The notes beneath the pieces were generated by a model. It saw nothing but the letters and a program-made list of their open reading frames with translations. It ran no database searches and was not told the DNA's origin. Source: a virus. Taken from it: a DNA stretch of 64,000 bases. The stretch lies in IMG/VR virus record IMGVR_UViG_3300009155_000048, positions 32,001-96,000 of that record. The stretch is one strand, 5' to 3'. The translations under genes and the position numbers were made by a program. The stretch's first letter is position 1, and each line of letters starts with the position of its first letter. Below are positions 8,036 through 17,254 of the stretch, one piece after another.

Positions 8036-9678
8036 TATTCAAGTTCTATTTTTATATGATCATCGTAGAATTTAATATCTGGATCTAATTTATATGTAGT
8101 AAACAATTGTTGTAATTGTGTTAAGTCTTTATAGAAGTGATTAATATCATTATCATTTATTTCTAAATCAATAACTAATTTACCATTCTCACCTTTTATA
8201 CTATCAACATTATAGAAAATTGATTTCTTAAATTGCTTGATTAATCTATTATACTTTCTAGCAATTGCATCATCAAATCCGATCTTTCTTTTAACCTCTA
8301 ATTTATCCCAATTAGCTGCAACACAAGCTTGAGCCAATCTTTCTAAATAAGTAATATTTTGCAATTCATCATGTGTGTGTTCATTAAAATAACCAACCGA
8401 TACGTTAGTACACTCTCCAATCATATCAATAAAATTAGCAGAATCCGTAAATACACCAGTTGGATCTAAATTTAATTTCAATCCACTTTTATTTAATTCT
8501 TTACAAAGAGACTCTGCAAATTCATTAGAACAACAAGGAATACCCATCTGTGATGTGATTACCGAATAGTAATTTCTTCTATCAAAAGATACCATTTTCT
8601 TAATATCCTTCATAAATTCATACGAATCATAGTCCATTGCAACTTTACCAGAACCAACACCACCTCTTTCTTCACCATAGAAGAACCAATATACACCGGG
8701 TATTTGTTTATCAATCATATACATAAGAATAGCAACTCCTGATTTATCATCAGCTCCTAAGATAGAAGTACCATCCGTCATTATAAAATCTTGACCATCT
8801 TTTTTATATCCAACTAATCCAACTTTATCTTTTGTTCTAGAAGCAGTATCTAGGTGACAAGTAAAAGCGGTATCGGAGTTACCAATTATTGTGTAATAAT
8901 TACCATATTTATCTCTTGTTAATCCAGGTGTTATAAAAGGAACAACTTCTTCCTCATGTCCCATCGGATAAGTTTCGGTAACAAGTGAAATAAATGTTTC
9001 TCTAACATTACTTGGTTCGTACTTAAACTCTCTTGGTGTAATTAGGTTACCAACTTTAGACTCTTTACCCGATATTTTGCCAATAATTTTATTATAAGAT
9101 TGTGTAAATTTAAAAATTTGGTCTTGTGTAAACTTTTCTTTGAAGAAGTATCTAATAAACTGAGCCACTTTAATTTGACCAGGTTTAGATCCGGTCTTAA
9201 TATCAAAATACCATTCTTTATCCGAAATGTCTAATTCTGTAATACCCATTACATTTTTAATATCTGGGTTAGAATCCAAAGAGTATAAATCCCAAACAAT
9301 ATCACTACCAGGTCTTATCTTATCTAACATTTGCCAGAAATCATCAGTGAACTTAATTAAAGTTGGACCACTTTGTTGCTCTATTTGTTGGTTTTTGTAA
9401 AATCCCATTTCCTTTTTTGTTTCCTTTTTATTAGCCTTTTCATTGAAGATGTGTACAAATGCTTCTAAATCATCTTCATTCACATAATCATTTCCTAAAA
9501 CTTGCTTTAATAAATCAGAAGTCATATTTTCTTTTCCCAAAGTCACTCTTTGTGAAGAAGGAACATCACTTCTATTCATTGAAGCTTGAAGACCGTTTAT
9601 TATTTTTCTAAAGAAATGTGAATATCCCATTTCATCAAAAATATCTAATGCTCCTTTAGTCAAATAAACTGCCTTCAC
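8035..9678 (-). CDS. M28/M20-like zinc peptidase with N-terminal accessory domain
   Basis: CHLDT, LGADDKSG, GEERG, SFDRR, TDS, NEHT. Confidence 0.85.
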   Translation of the reverse strand: MKAVYLTKGALDIFDEMGYSHFFRKIINGLQASMNRSDVPSSQRVTLGKENMTSDLLKQVLGNDYVNEDDLEAFVHIFNEKANKKETKKEMGFYKNQQIEQQSGPTLIKFTDDFWQMLDKIRPGSDIVWDLYSLDSNPDIKNVMGITELDISDKEWYFDIKTGSKPGQIKVAQFIRYFFKEKFTQDQIFKFTQSYNKIIGKISGKESKVGNLITPREFKYEPSNVRETFISLVTETYPMGHEEEVVPFITPGLTRDKYGNYYTIIGNSDTAFTCHLDTASRTKDKVGLVGYKKDGQDFIMTDGTSILGADDKSGVAILMYMIDKQIPGVYWFFYGEERGGVGSGKVAMDYDSYEFMKDIKKMVSFDRRNYYSVITSQMGIPCCSNEFAESLCKELNKSGLKLNLDPTGVFTDSANFIDMIGECTNVSVGYFNEHTHDELQNITYLERLAQACVAANWDKLEVKRKIGFDDAIARKYNRLIKQFKKSIFYNVDSIKGENGKLVIDLEINDNDINHFYKDLTQLQQLFTTYKLDPDIKFYDDHIKIELE

Positions 9679-9687
9679 TTGTATATA

Positions 9688-10080
9688 TTATTTTTTAGAT
9701 ACGGTTATTTCATAAGCATTGTTATAATCAACCTTAACTTGTCCAGGATTCATACCTTGTTCTTTTTTAACAAACTTCTTTTTACAGTAAACAATAAGAA
9801 CATCTTCTTTATCCGACTTAGAATTCTTAGCAGATATTTGTGCTACCTTTTTAATAACTTCTTTTGTTGGTATCATATCTTTAACTTTAATTAAAACATG
9901 GCTTCCAGGAACACCTTTGGCATGAAACCAGTAATCCTCATCTGATGATAATTCAAATGTTACATAATCATTAGACTTAGCATCTTTACCTTGATAAACA
10001 ATAAACCCATCAACATCTAATTTCTTATAGTTTGGTTTATCTAATTTCTTAGACTCATTAAAATTCTTTAAGTATTTCAT
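9688..10080 (-). CDS. Stand-alone NFACT-R (DUF814) RNA-binding domain protein
   Basis: GKDAKSNDYVT...DYWFHAKGVPGSHV...KFVKK...PGQV. Confidence 0.88.
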   Translation of the reverse strand: MKYLKNFNESKKLDKPNYKKLDVDGFIVYQGKDAKSNDYVTFELSSDEDYWFHAKGVPGSHVLIKVKDMIPTKEVIKKVAQISAKNSKSDKEDVLIVYCKKKFVKKEQGMNPGQVKVDYNNAYEITVSKK

Positions 10081-10169
10081 TTGTTTATGACTTTATTTAA
10101 ATATGATAATCCGTTATCCTCAATGTCCCTGGATAACTCATCAATTTTTTTGATTTTGGCGTTCTTCAT
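10077..10169 (-). CDS. Possible 30-aa peptide coupled (ATGA) to the NFACT-R gene
   Basis: MKNAKIKKIDELSRDIEDNGLSYLNKVINK directly behind an AATATATA motif. Confidence 0.35.
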   Translation of the reverse strand: MKNAKIKKIDELSRDIEDNGLSYLNKVINK

Positions 10170-10211
10170 ATTTTATATATATTAAATTGAAGGACAATAA
10201 AAGTTACTTAA

Positions 10212-10238
10212 AAACAAAAATTTAACTTTCAACTATAA
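10212..10238 (+). promoter_or_regulatory. AAAC-N17/18-TATAA putative phage middle promoter (also 5176-5201-, 11811-11837+, 14644-14670-, 24380-24406+, 28955-28980+, 30751-30777-, 35371-35397+, 60470-60496+)
   Basis: Fixed spacing recurring immediately upstream of nine genes; the 24380 copy begins GAAC. Confidence 0.6.
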
Positions 10239-10243
10239 AGCTT

Positions 10244-11554
10244 ATGTCTAAACTAATGAAACTTAACGAAATTCAAGACGAGTCTGTATTAAATGATATC
10301 TTTAATAATGAGATAATAATATTTGAAGATATACAAGGTAGTAAAATATATGTAAACTGGAATGGTTCCAATTTTACAATTAAATCAAAATCATTATCAT
10401 CGGATCCTATCAATATGATTGATTTAGCTATGCAAAATTATTATAATAATGCTATTAGTTTTTTTAATAATCTTGATAACAGAGTTAAAGGATTGATTAA
10501 TAAAAAATGGTGGTTTTGTTTTGAATTTTTCCCAGATAATCAACCAGCAAATATTGAATACAATAGAGTTCCTAAAAATAATTTAGTCTTAACTTCTATC
10601 TACAAAGGTAACAAATTTGATTATACCATTGATGAATTAGAAGAATATGCTAGATTACTTGATGTTGATGTAATTCCGGTAATTTTCAAAGGCAAACTAA
10701 ATGAAAAAGTTATAGAAGCAATTAAATATTTCTTAAACACAAGTGAGTCAGACTTAGAATATGTATTTGGCGAGAAGTCATTTTCTTACTTCTTCTATAA
10801 AATATTAAGTCCACAAACTCAAAATTCATTTTTGATGAATGAAGACTTTCAAAAAAATGTTGAGAAGTTAATAATAAGAATTGATGGTAAAGATGTATCA
10901 TTTGAAATTTTGAATCCATTATATAAAAGAATATCGGACACAAACTCAACAGACTTTGTTGAAATTTACACACTTATATTAGTTAATTTCTTGAATTTCT
11001 GTCAATCAATAGACTTTAATCAAATTAAAGTAAAGGGAAATAAAAGAGATGAAGTTTATATCTATTTAATTTGTAAGTTATTCAATATGTACTTATCGGA
11101 AGTAAAAGATGATATTGCTAATTTTCAATTTACTGTACCCGAATTCTTTGATAAAGATAAATTTAGAATTAACACAGAGTTGATTCCAAATAAAATGACT
11201 AAACAATTCATTTCAGAGGATAAAAAGTTTGAATATATTTTCAAAGTAATTTTAGGTAGTTTCAATAAGAAGAGAAAGAAACCAATTGGCGTATTCACAG
11301 AAGGAACAATTAACATATTTAACAATTTTGTACAAATGATACAAGAAAAAATTGATGAATTCTTTAACAAAAAAAGTGAGATTGAATTAACCAGAAGTGG
11401 ACTAATTGACTTCTCACAATGGTTTGATGTTAAATATGATGTGGATGCGGAAGAAAATGTTTATCCAGATGTATATACCGAATTAGAAAAAGGTAAGGAA
11501 AAAGATAAAAAAGGAACAAAGGGTGGAAAGTTTGGAGAATATGAAAAGAAATAA
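10244..11554 (+). CDS. RNA-ligase-fold (Rnl2-like) protein, apparently lacking the catalytic Lys
   Basis: IFEDIQGS in place of ExKxxG; CFEF, VIPVIFKG, VEKLIIR in expected order. Confidence 0.5.
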   Translation: MSKLMKLNEIQDESVLNDIFNNEIIIFEDIQGSKIYVNWNGSNFTIKSKSLSSDPINMIDLAMQNYYNNAISFFNNLDNRVKGLINKKWWFCFEFFPDNQPANIEYNRVPKNNLVLTSIYKGNKFDYTIDELEEYARLLDVDVIPVIFKGKLNEKVIEAIKYFLNTSESDLEYVFGEKSFSYFFYKILSPQTQNSFLMNEDFQKNVEKLIIRIDGKDVSFEILNPLYKRISDTNSTDFVEIYTLILVNFLNFCQSIDFNQIKVKGNKRDEVYIYLICKLFNMYLSEVKDDIANFQFTVPEFFDKDKFRINTELIPNKMTKQFISEDKKFEYIFKVILGSFNKKRKKPIGVFTEGTINIFNNFVQMIQEKIDEFFNKKSEIELTRSGLIDFSQWFDVKYDVDAEENVYPDVYTELEKGKEKDKKGTKGGKFGEYEKK

Positions 11555-11714
11555 TATAGGTGGAGTATTTAAGGTTAATGCAACGGTAACAAAAACTATG
11601 ATTGAAGACTTAGAGAAACAACACGGGATTGATTTAGTCCAAAGATTGGAGAGTTTACTTGTTTTATTAACAGTTAGAAGACACCGAATTGAAAAAATAT
11701 TATCTAAAATTTAA
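11541..11714 (+). CDS. 57-aa capsid-fragment paralog with RRHRIEKIL tail
   Basis: VNATVTKTMIEDLEKQHGIDLVQRLESLLV vs capsid VSSALRRTEIEDIKANTGMDIVQKMESILV; ATG 11541 preferred over GTG 11523. Confidence 0.7.
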   Translation: MKRNNIGGVFKVNATVTKTMIEDLEKQHGIDLVQRLESLLVLLTVRRHRIEKILSKI

Positions 11715-11845
11715 TGCCATCTGCTCTTATATCAAAACCAAATAATTGGAGTATTTTATTGAAATATAAGAGAAGAGAAAAGTTGACTAAAATCTTAAAT
11801 AAAATATTAAAAACAATTTCGGTAAATTACATTATAATTGTATGA
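11714..11845 (+). CDS. 43-aa peptide with RREKLTKIL motif, absent from ORF track
   Basis: TAATG overlap upstream, ATGA overlap downstream. Confidence 0.5.
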   Translation: MPSALISKPNNWSILLKYKRREKLTKILNKILKTISVNYIIIV

Positions 11846-13065
11846 TCCAAGTAAAAGAGTATAAACCGAAATCTAAATACAACATAAGAAAAAAGTTAGA
11901 GTCAAAAAGATACAGTGTTCAATTTCTACCCGAACTTCTAATTCAAGAATCTCTTAATAAAAACTTCACATACAAAGAAACTAAGCTTAAAACAGCTTAT
12001 CTAATTGATATCACACACAATTTATTACTTAAATACTACTTCAAGAAAGATAACTTATTTAATCTATCATCAGTAGTTCTTAAAGAAAAATATGGTTATC
12101 TATATAACTATTATATGGACTATCTTGTTTCTAAAGACATTCTTAAACTAGTAAAAAATCACCAAAAAGGTAAAAATGCCAGAATCTATAAATTAAATGA
12201 AAAGATTATTAATGGTAAAATCACTCGATATAAAAATGAGGATTCAATCCTATTAAAGAAATACAAGAATGCTGTATCTTTAATTGAGAAACAAGATATA
12301 GACAGTAATACAATCAATCCAGATGTAAAGAGAAAATTAGTTGATGATTTATTTCATGTTCAAATTCAATTTGATAAGGCTATATTTTTCTTAGATTCAA
12401 CTCTACAAGATGTAGATATCTATAATAGAAATAAGTATAGTGTTGAATGTATAAATGATAAACACATATTCTATCACTTTGATAACTATGGCAGAATGCA
12501 CACAAATTTTACTATTTTAAAATCTTTTATTAGAAAAAATTGTCTTCTTATTAATGGAGAAGAAACCAGTGAAATTGATATCAAAAATAGTCAACCATTA
12601 TTTCTCTGTAAGTTAATAGAATCCGATGGTTTAATAATTGTCAATACTGATGAATTTGAACTTTTCAAATTTTTGACATATAATGGTAAGTTCTATCAAT
12701 ACTTAATGGATAATTCCAAGTATAGAGATAGAAAAAATGTTAAAGAAATGATTTATAAGGTTTTTTTTGGTAAGAACTTCAAAAGCAAAGGTGATGATTT
12801 ATTTAAATCATTATTTCCTACAATACATGAATTTATCAAAATCTACAAAAAAGAACATGGTGATTATAGAATTTTAGCACATGACCTTCAAAATTTAGAA
12901 AGCAATCTAATTTTTAACAAAATTGTAAAGGAGATCATGTATATATACCCTGAGGTAAATTTAATAACTATACATGATAGTATTATTTGTAATACAAAAT
13001 ATAGAGATGTGGTTGAAAAGATTTTCCACAAAAACTTAGAAAAAGAATTTCAAAAAATAATATAA
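11842..13065 (+). CDS. Family-A polymerase-like palm protein with N-terminal wHTH-like region
   Basis: GRMHT, EIDIKNSQP (motif A-like), LQNLES, TIHDS (motif C-like); no exonuclease domain. Confidence 0.6.
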   Translation: MIQVKEYKPKSKYNIRKKLESKRYSVQFLPELLIQESLNKNFTYKETKLKTAYLIDITHNLLLKYYFKKDNLFNLSSVVLKEKYGYLYNYYMDYLVSKDILKLVKNHQKGKNARIYKLNEKIINGKITRYKNEDSILLKKYKNAVSLIEKQDIDSNTINPDVKRKLVDDLFHVQIQFDKAIFFLDSTLQDVDIYNRNKYSVECINDKHIFYHFDNYGRMHTNFTILKSFIRKNCLLINGEETSEIDIKNSQPLFLCKLIESDGLIIVNTDEFELFKFLTYNGKFYQYLMDNSKYRDRKNVKEMIYKVFFGKNFKSKGDDLFKSLFPTIHEFIKIYKKEHGDYRILAHDLQNLESNLIFNKIVKEIMYIYPEVNLITIHDSIICNTKYRDVVEKIFHKNLEKEFQKII

Positions 13066-13069
13066 TATA

Positions 13070-13240
13070 ATGAAAAACTACGGGTTATACACAAAAGAAA
13101 GAGGAGATAGAGTTGTTGAGATAATTAATAGAGTTCAAGCGGAAACACTTGAAGAAGCTATTATAATCTTTTCTAAAATAAAGAAACTTACTAAGAAAAA
13201 TATCATAGATATTTTTGACGTTAAAGAGATAACCAAATAA
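13070..13240 (+). CDS. Hypothetical 56-aa protein, absent from ORF track
   Basis: MKNYGLYTKERG...DVKEITK fills the gap. Confidence 0.6.
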   Translation: MKNYGLYTKERGDRVVEIINRVQAETLEEAIIIFSKIKKLTKKNIIDIFDVKEITK

Positions 13241-13267
13241 GGTTATCTTTTTTAATATATACCTGAT

Positions 13268-13843
13268 ATGTTTAATCTATCAGATCCAAATATTTCCTAC
13301 TTACTCATATCACCAGAAAAAAGTGATAATCTACCTTCAGATAATAATTTAAATTGTGAGAAGGTTTGTAGTATTTTATACTCTAAAGATTATACCATAA
13401 TACCAGTAACCGGATATTATGAGAATAAATATGAAAAGTCTTTTATTGCAATAAGCTCTAATGATGATAATGATTCTCTAAGATTTGATGCGATTTATTT
13501 AATGGATAAATTTGACCAAGATGCTGTTATAGTTAAATATAAAGGCGATGAAATAGCAACAAAAGTAGAATCTACCGGAACAGAAAAACCAATGAGTGTT
13601 GCCATTTATGACTCCGACTTAAAAAATAAAACTTATCTATATAACGGTGTTTCTTTTTCATTTGTAGAAAAGAAAAGATACTTTTTCCCAAAGAAAAAAG
13701 AAGACCTAAAAAACGGAATGATTGTTGAGTTCTTTAATAATAATAAATGGATACAAAGACAAGTAATTAACATTGAATCGGAATATGAAAAAATGTTTAA
13801 ATTACTTATAAAATATGAGAAAATAAGAGTAGAATGTAAATAA
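13268..13843 (+). CDS. Hypothetical protein
   Basis: 191-aa ORF behind TAATATATA. Confidence 0.7.
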   Translation: MFNLSDPNISYLLISPEKSDNLPSDNNLNCEKVCSILYSKDYTIIPVTGYYENKYEKSFIAISSNDDNDSLRFDAIYLMDKFDQDAVIVKYKGDEIATKVESTGTEKPMSVAIYDSDLKNKTYLYNGVSFSFVEKKRYFFPKKKEDLKNGMIVEFFNNNKWIQRQVINIESEYEKMFKLLIKYEKIRVECK

Positions 13844-13876
13844 AAAAGAGAGTTAAATTAATTTAACTCTCTTTTT
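13843..13876. terminator. Bidirectional terminator between convergent genes
   Basis: AAAAAGAGAGTTAAAT-TA-ATTTAACTCTCTTTTT. Confidence 0.75.
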
Positions 13877-13879
13877 CTT

Positions 13880-14623
13880 TTATTGATATTTATTAATCAT
13901 TCCAATTTTTGGAACCATAATATTAATATGACCTTGTAATTTATTGACATCACCATCTTGATAGAAATCATAAATTTTTTTATTTCTTTCTTCAAGTGAA
14001 GTATCTAAGGGTTCCTTACTATGACCAAAGTGATACCCAGTAAACTCCATCTGTTTGTAGTTTAACATTTTCATTATTTTCATATCTTGAAATTTATTCT
14101 CATATCCAATTCCGATAAAATCTTCATTCCATCCACCAATTTTAAATATAGATTCTTTTTTGAAAAGAGATATACCATCAACCATGCTATTCTTAAACCC
14201 AGGTCTCTTAATATTCAAGATGTTATTTATATCAATAACAGATTCTTGTGGAGTTAAATTGATAATATTTGTAGTTGGAATAACACAATCACAATTATCC
14301 AAAGATTGTAATGAAGCAATTAAATCATTTGGGTTCATAATAAAATCAGCATCACCAAATATAACAACCGGCGACATCGCTCTTCTCAATCCAACATTGT
14401 AAGCCCAAGATTTATTAAATGGAACTTCACTCTCAATGAAAATATGAGAGGCTCTTAGATTTAGATTTTTAATTTTAGAATGTTTATCCTGTTCAACAAC
14501 AATAACATCCACACCTTGAAATCCAGAAAGCCAATCAATTACTCTTCTTAGAGAAATAATTCTATCAGGTCTATACTTAAATGGAATTATATATGTAAAC
14601 TTGGGGATATAAGTATTTTGCAT
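13880..14623 (-). CDS. Glycosyltransferase (GT2/GT7 galactosyltransferase-like)
   Basis: IIPF, VVEQ, FNKSWAYNVG, DAD, GGWNEDFIGIGYE. Confidence 0.85.
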   Translation of the reverse strand: MQNTYIPKFTYIIPFKYRPDRIISLRRVIDWLSGFQGVDVIVVEQDKHSKIKNLNLRASHIFIESEVPFNKSWAYNVGLRRAMSPVVIFGDADFIMNPNDLIASLQSLDNCDCVIPTTNIINLTPQESVIDINNILNIKRPGFKNSMVDGISLFKKESIFKIGGWNEDFIGIGYENKFQDMKIMKMLNYKQMEFTGYHFGHSKEPLDTSLEERNKKIYDFYQDGDVNKLQGHINIMVPKIGMINKYQ

Positions 14624-14717
14624 GCAATTTTTTTATTTTTTATTTATATAATGATATTTGAATTTTGTTTGATATATTCAAATAAATAACCTATATTTGC
14701 TGTTTATATATAATTAT

Positions 14718-15278
14718 ATGATTGATTTATCCAAAGGACTAAGTTTATTTATATCAAATGATAACCAAATTGAACTATGTTTATCCAGTCTGACTAACTT
14801 TTTATCAGAAGAATACACAGTTTTAACTTTCTCTTTTGGCAAAGATAAATTTGGATTATCACCAACAGAAGATAACTTTAAAGAACAAGTTAAAAAGAAT
14901 CTCTTTAGAGTTGAAATGCTAGTAGTTCACCTTAACTATAAATTAAAGAATTATACTGACTTTTTCAATTTTTTAACAAGTTTAAATCTTATAGTCTTTA
15001 TAGTGACACCACGATCTAAATCAGATATTTTGTTAGATAACTCCGGTAGTTACATTAGAAACTTCTATGAGGTTAAAGATAATCCAGATTATTTAACATC
15101 AAGTCTTAAAAGGTTTTCAAATCTAACAATTACAAATATTGATTTGGATTCTTTACCCGATAAATATTTAATCAAAAATATTAATACTGATGAAGAGTTC
15201 ACAGTAAGTCAATATAAGAAATCTTATATTAGAGATAAGAAAATTGACATTTTTTTAGATGATAATGACCAGGATTAA
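14718..15278 (+). CDS. Hypothetical protein, possibly degenerate RecA/DnaB fold, with RDKKIDIFL tail
   Basis: ATG 14718; GLSLFIS...TVLTFSF...EMLVVH pattern without Walker A. Confidence 0.5.
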   Translation: MIDLSKGLSLFISNDNQIELCLSSLTNFLSEEYTVLTFSFGKDKFGLSPTEDNFKEQVKKNLFRVEMLVVHLNYKLKNYTDFFNFLTSLNLIVFIVTPRSKSDILLDNSGSYIRNFYEVKDNPDYLTSSLKRFSNLTITNIDLDSLPDKYLIKNINTDEEFTVSQYKKSYIRDKKIDIFLDDNDQD

Positions 15279-15322
15279 AAAATTATCCTTATCTTTGTTT
15301 TATATACATAACAATTCTATAA

Positions 15323-16417
15323 ATGAGAGTTAGAAGAAAGTTCCTACAATTGACCAGTCAGACAGTTCCATATGGAACAGAATCTAAAATTAGAAAATTT
15401 CTACCAAAAGGAATAAGTAAAGACCAACATGGTAACTATTTTATGACAATTGGTGATAATTTCACCACTATGTTTACTTGCCACTTAGATACGGCTTGTA
15501 AATATGATAAGCCTGTTAAACACGTTCAAACAGATAATCTGATAATGACTGATGGCTCAACCATCTTAGGTGCTGATGATAAAGCCGGAATGACCGTTCT
15601 ACTCTATATGATTGAGAAAAAAGTACCAGGACTATATTATTTTTTTATAGGTGAGGAAGTTGGGTGTATTGGTAGCTCAAACTTATCAATGACTTTTGAT
15701 TGGACGAACATCACAAAAGTAGTCTCATTTGACCGAAGAGGCACCAAATCAATTATTACCGAACAGTTTTGTGGCAGATGTTGTTCAGATGAATTTGCTC
15801 AAGCATTAGCCGATGAACTAAATTCAACCGGTCTAGGATTAGAAATGGAACCAGATGATACTGGCATATTAACGGATTCAGCACAATTTGTTGATTTAGT
15901 TCATGAATGTACAAACATATCAGTTGGATATTGGAATGAACACACAACCAATGAGATACAAGATATTGAATTTTTATCTAGATTGTGTAGAGCCGTTGTT
16001 AAAATTGATTGGGAATCTCTTCCTATATTCAGACAACCAGGTGATGATGATTGTGGCATCTGGGAAGAAGATGAAGTTGAAGTTCTTGATGATGAATATA
16101 CAGAAAGTGTATTTACATATATCTCAGAAGATAGTGTTACTAAAAAAATGTATATATCTAAAACTTGGATAGAGTGTGAAAAAGACTTAATCAACAAGAT
16201 GTTGTTACAAAAAGGATATACACCAAAGTTAATAATTTGGGATGGCACTTCTTGTTATTGTCAAGAGCATGAGTCATATGATTTTATAGGAAATAGACAG
16301 GATTTAATAAATTTTATTCCCGAACTACAATATATACCATATTCACATTTGAAGTCTAATGTTAAATTAGGTAAAGACTATACAAAACTATCAAAAATCG
16401 CCGAATATGCAAACTAA
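15323..16417 (+). CDS. M28/M20-like zinc peptidase, paralog of 8035..9678
   Basis: CHLDT, LGADDKAG, GEEVG, SFDRRG, NISVGY, NEHT. Confidence 0.85.
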   Translation: MRVRRKFLQLTSQTVPYGTESKIRKFLPKGISKDQHGNYFMTIGDNFTTMFTCHLDTACKYDKPVKHVQTDNLIMTDGSTILGADDKAGMTVLLYMIEKKVPGLYYFFIGEEVGCIGSSNLSMTFDWTNITKVVSFDRRGTKSIITEQFCGRCCSDEFAQALADELNSTGLGLEMEPDDTGILTDSAQFVDLVHECTNISVGYWNEHTTNEIQDIEFLSRLCRAVVKIDWESLPIFRQPGDDDCGIWEEDEVEVLDDEYTESVFTYISEDSVTKKMYISKTWIECEKDLINKMLLQKGYTPKLIIWDGTSCYCQEHESYDFIGNRQDLINFIPELQYIPYSHLKSNVKLGKDYTKLSKIAEYAN

Positions 16418-16988
16418 ATCTATTATACTTGACTTATATGGTACTTTATTATACTCCGAGTATAAAGCTAGACCTTATCTAAACTTATTTAAGAATATAG
16501 GTCTAACCAAAGAAGAAATGAACTATTGGGCGGATAAAGTCATGACCAAAAATTATTCATATCTACAAGAGATTGTAGAAGAAATAAAACCAGGCCAATT
16601 TGTATATACATCACAATTAGAACATGATATAAAATTAGAAATTGAGTCAACACACTTATTTGATGATACTATTCAAGTATTAGAAACTCTTTCTAAAAGG
16701 TATAAACTCTATCTATTATCAAATATTGCTACTCCATATAAAGAGTGTGTGTTTAATTTAGGTATTGATAAATACTTTGATAAGATATTCTTTTCCTGTG
16801 ATATTGGATACAGAAAACCCCAACCCGAAGCCTTTGAAATGGTCATAAAACATAGCGGTTTACAACCTAAACAATTACTTATGATTGGGGATAGTCAGAG
16901 ATCTGATTATGAAGGTGCCTTAAATTCTGGAGTTAAAGCAGTACTTAAAAACAAGCCTCTCAATCTGATACTATCAGAGATTAACTAA
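16407..16988 (+). CDS. HAD-superfamily hydrolase
   Basis: DLYGTL, LSN, RKP, MIGDS..SD. Confidence 0.88.
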   Translation: MQTKSIILDLYGTLLYSEYKARPYLNLFKNIGLTKEEMNYWADKVMTKNYSYLQEIVEEIKPGQFVYTSQLEHDIKLEIESTHLFDDTIQVLETLSKRYKLYLLSNIATPYKECVFNLGIDKYFDKIFFSCDIGYRKPQPEAFEMVIKHSGLQPKQLLMIGDSQRSDYEGALNSGVKAVLKNKPLNLILSEIN

Positions 16989-17175
16989 GAATAATACCTG
17001 GATTTTTATATCCTTTTTGTTCTACAATCTCCAATAGTTGATTAGGACTTAAATTAGTTTTATCCCAACCTTTCTTTCTTGCATATTCGGAAATAAATTT
17101 CTCTCTCAACATATTAACATCATCAGTTGATAAATTGTTAGTTGATTTAATTAATTTTTCATTATCGCTTTGCAT
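16981..17175 (-). CDS. Hypothetical 64-aa protein
   Basis: ORF behind AATATATA. Confidence 0.6.
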   Translation of the reverse strand: MQSDNEKLIKSTNNLSTDDVNMLREKFISEYARKKGWDKTNLSPNQLLEIVEQKGYKNPGIILS

Positions 17176-17254
17176 ATTTACTTTTTATTTTTGTAAAAGT
17201 ATATATTAAGAGTTTAACCTTGGAAATTCCAAAAATTTTCCATATATTTGTAGT

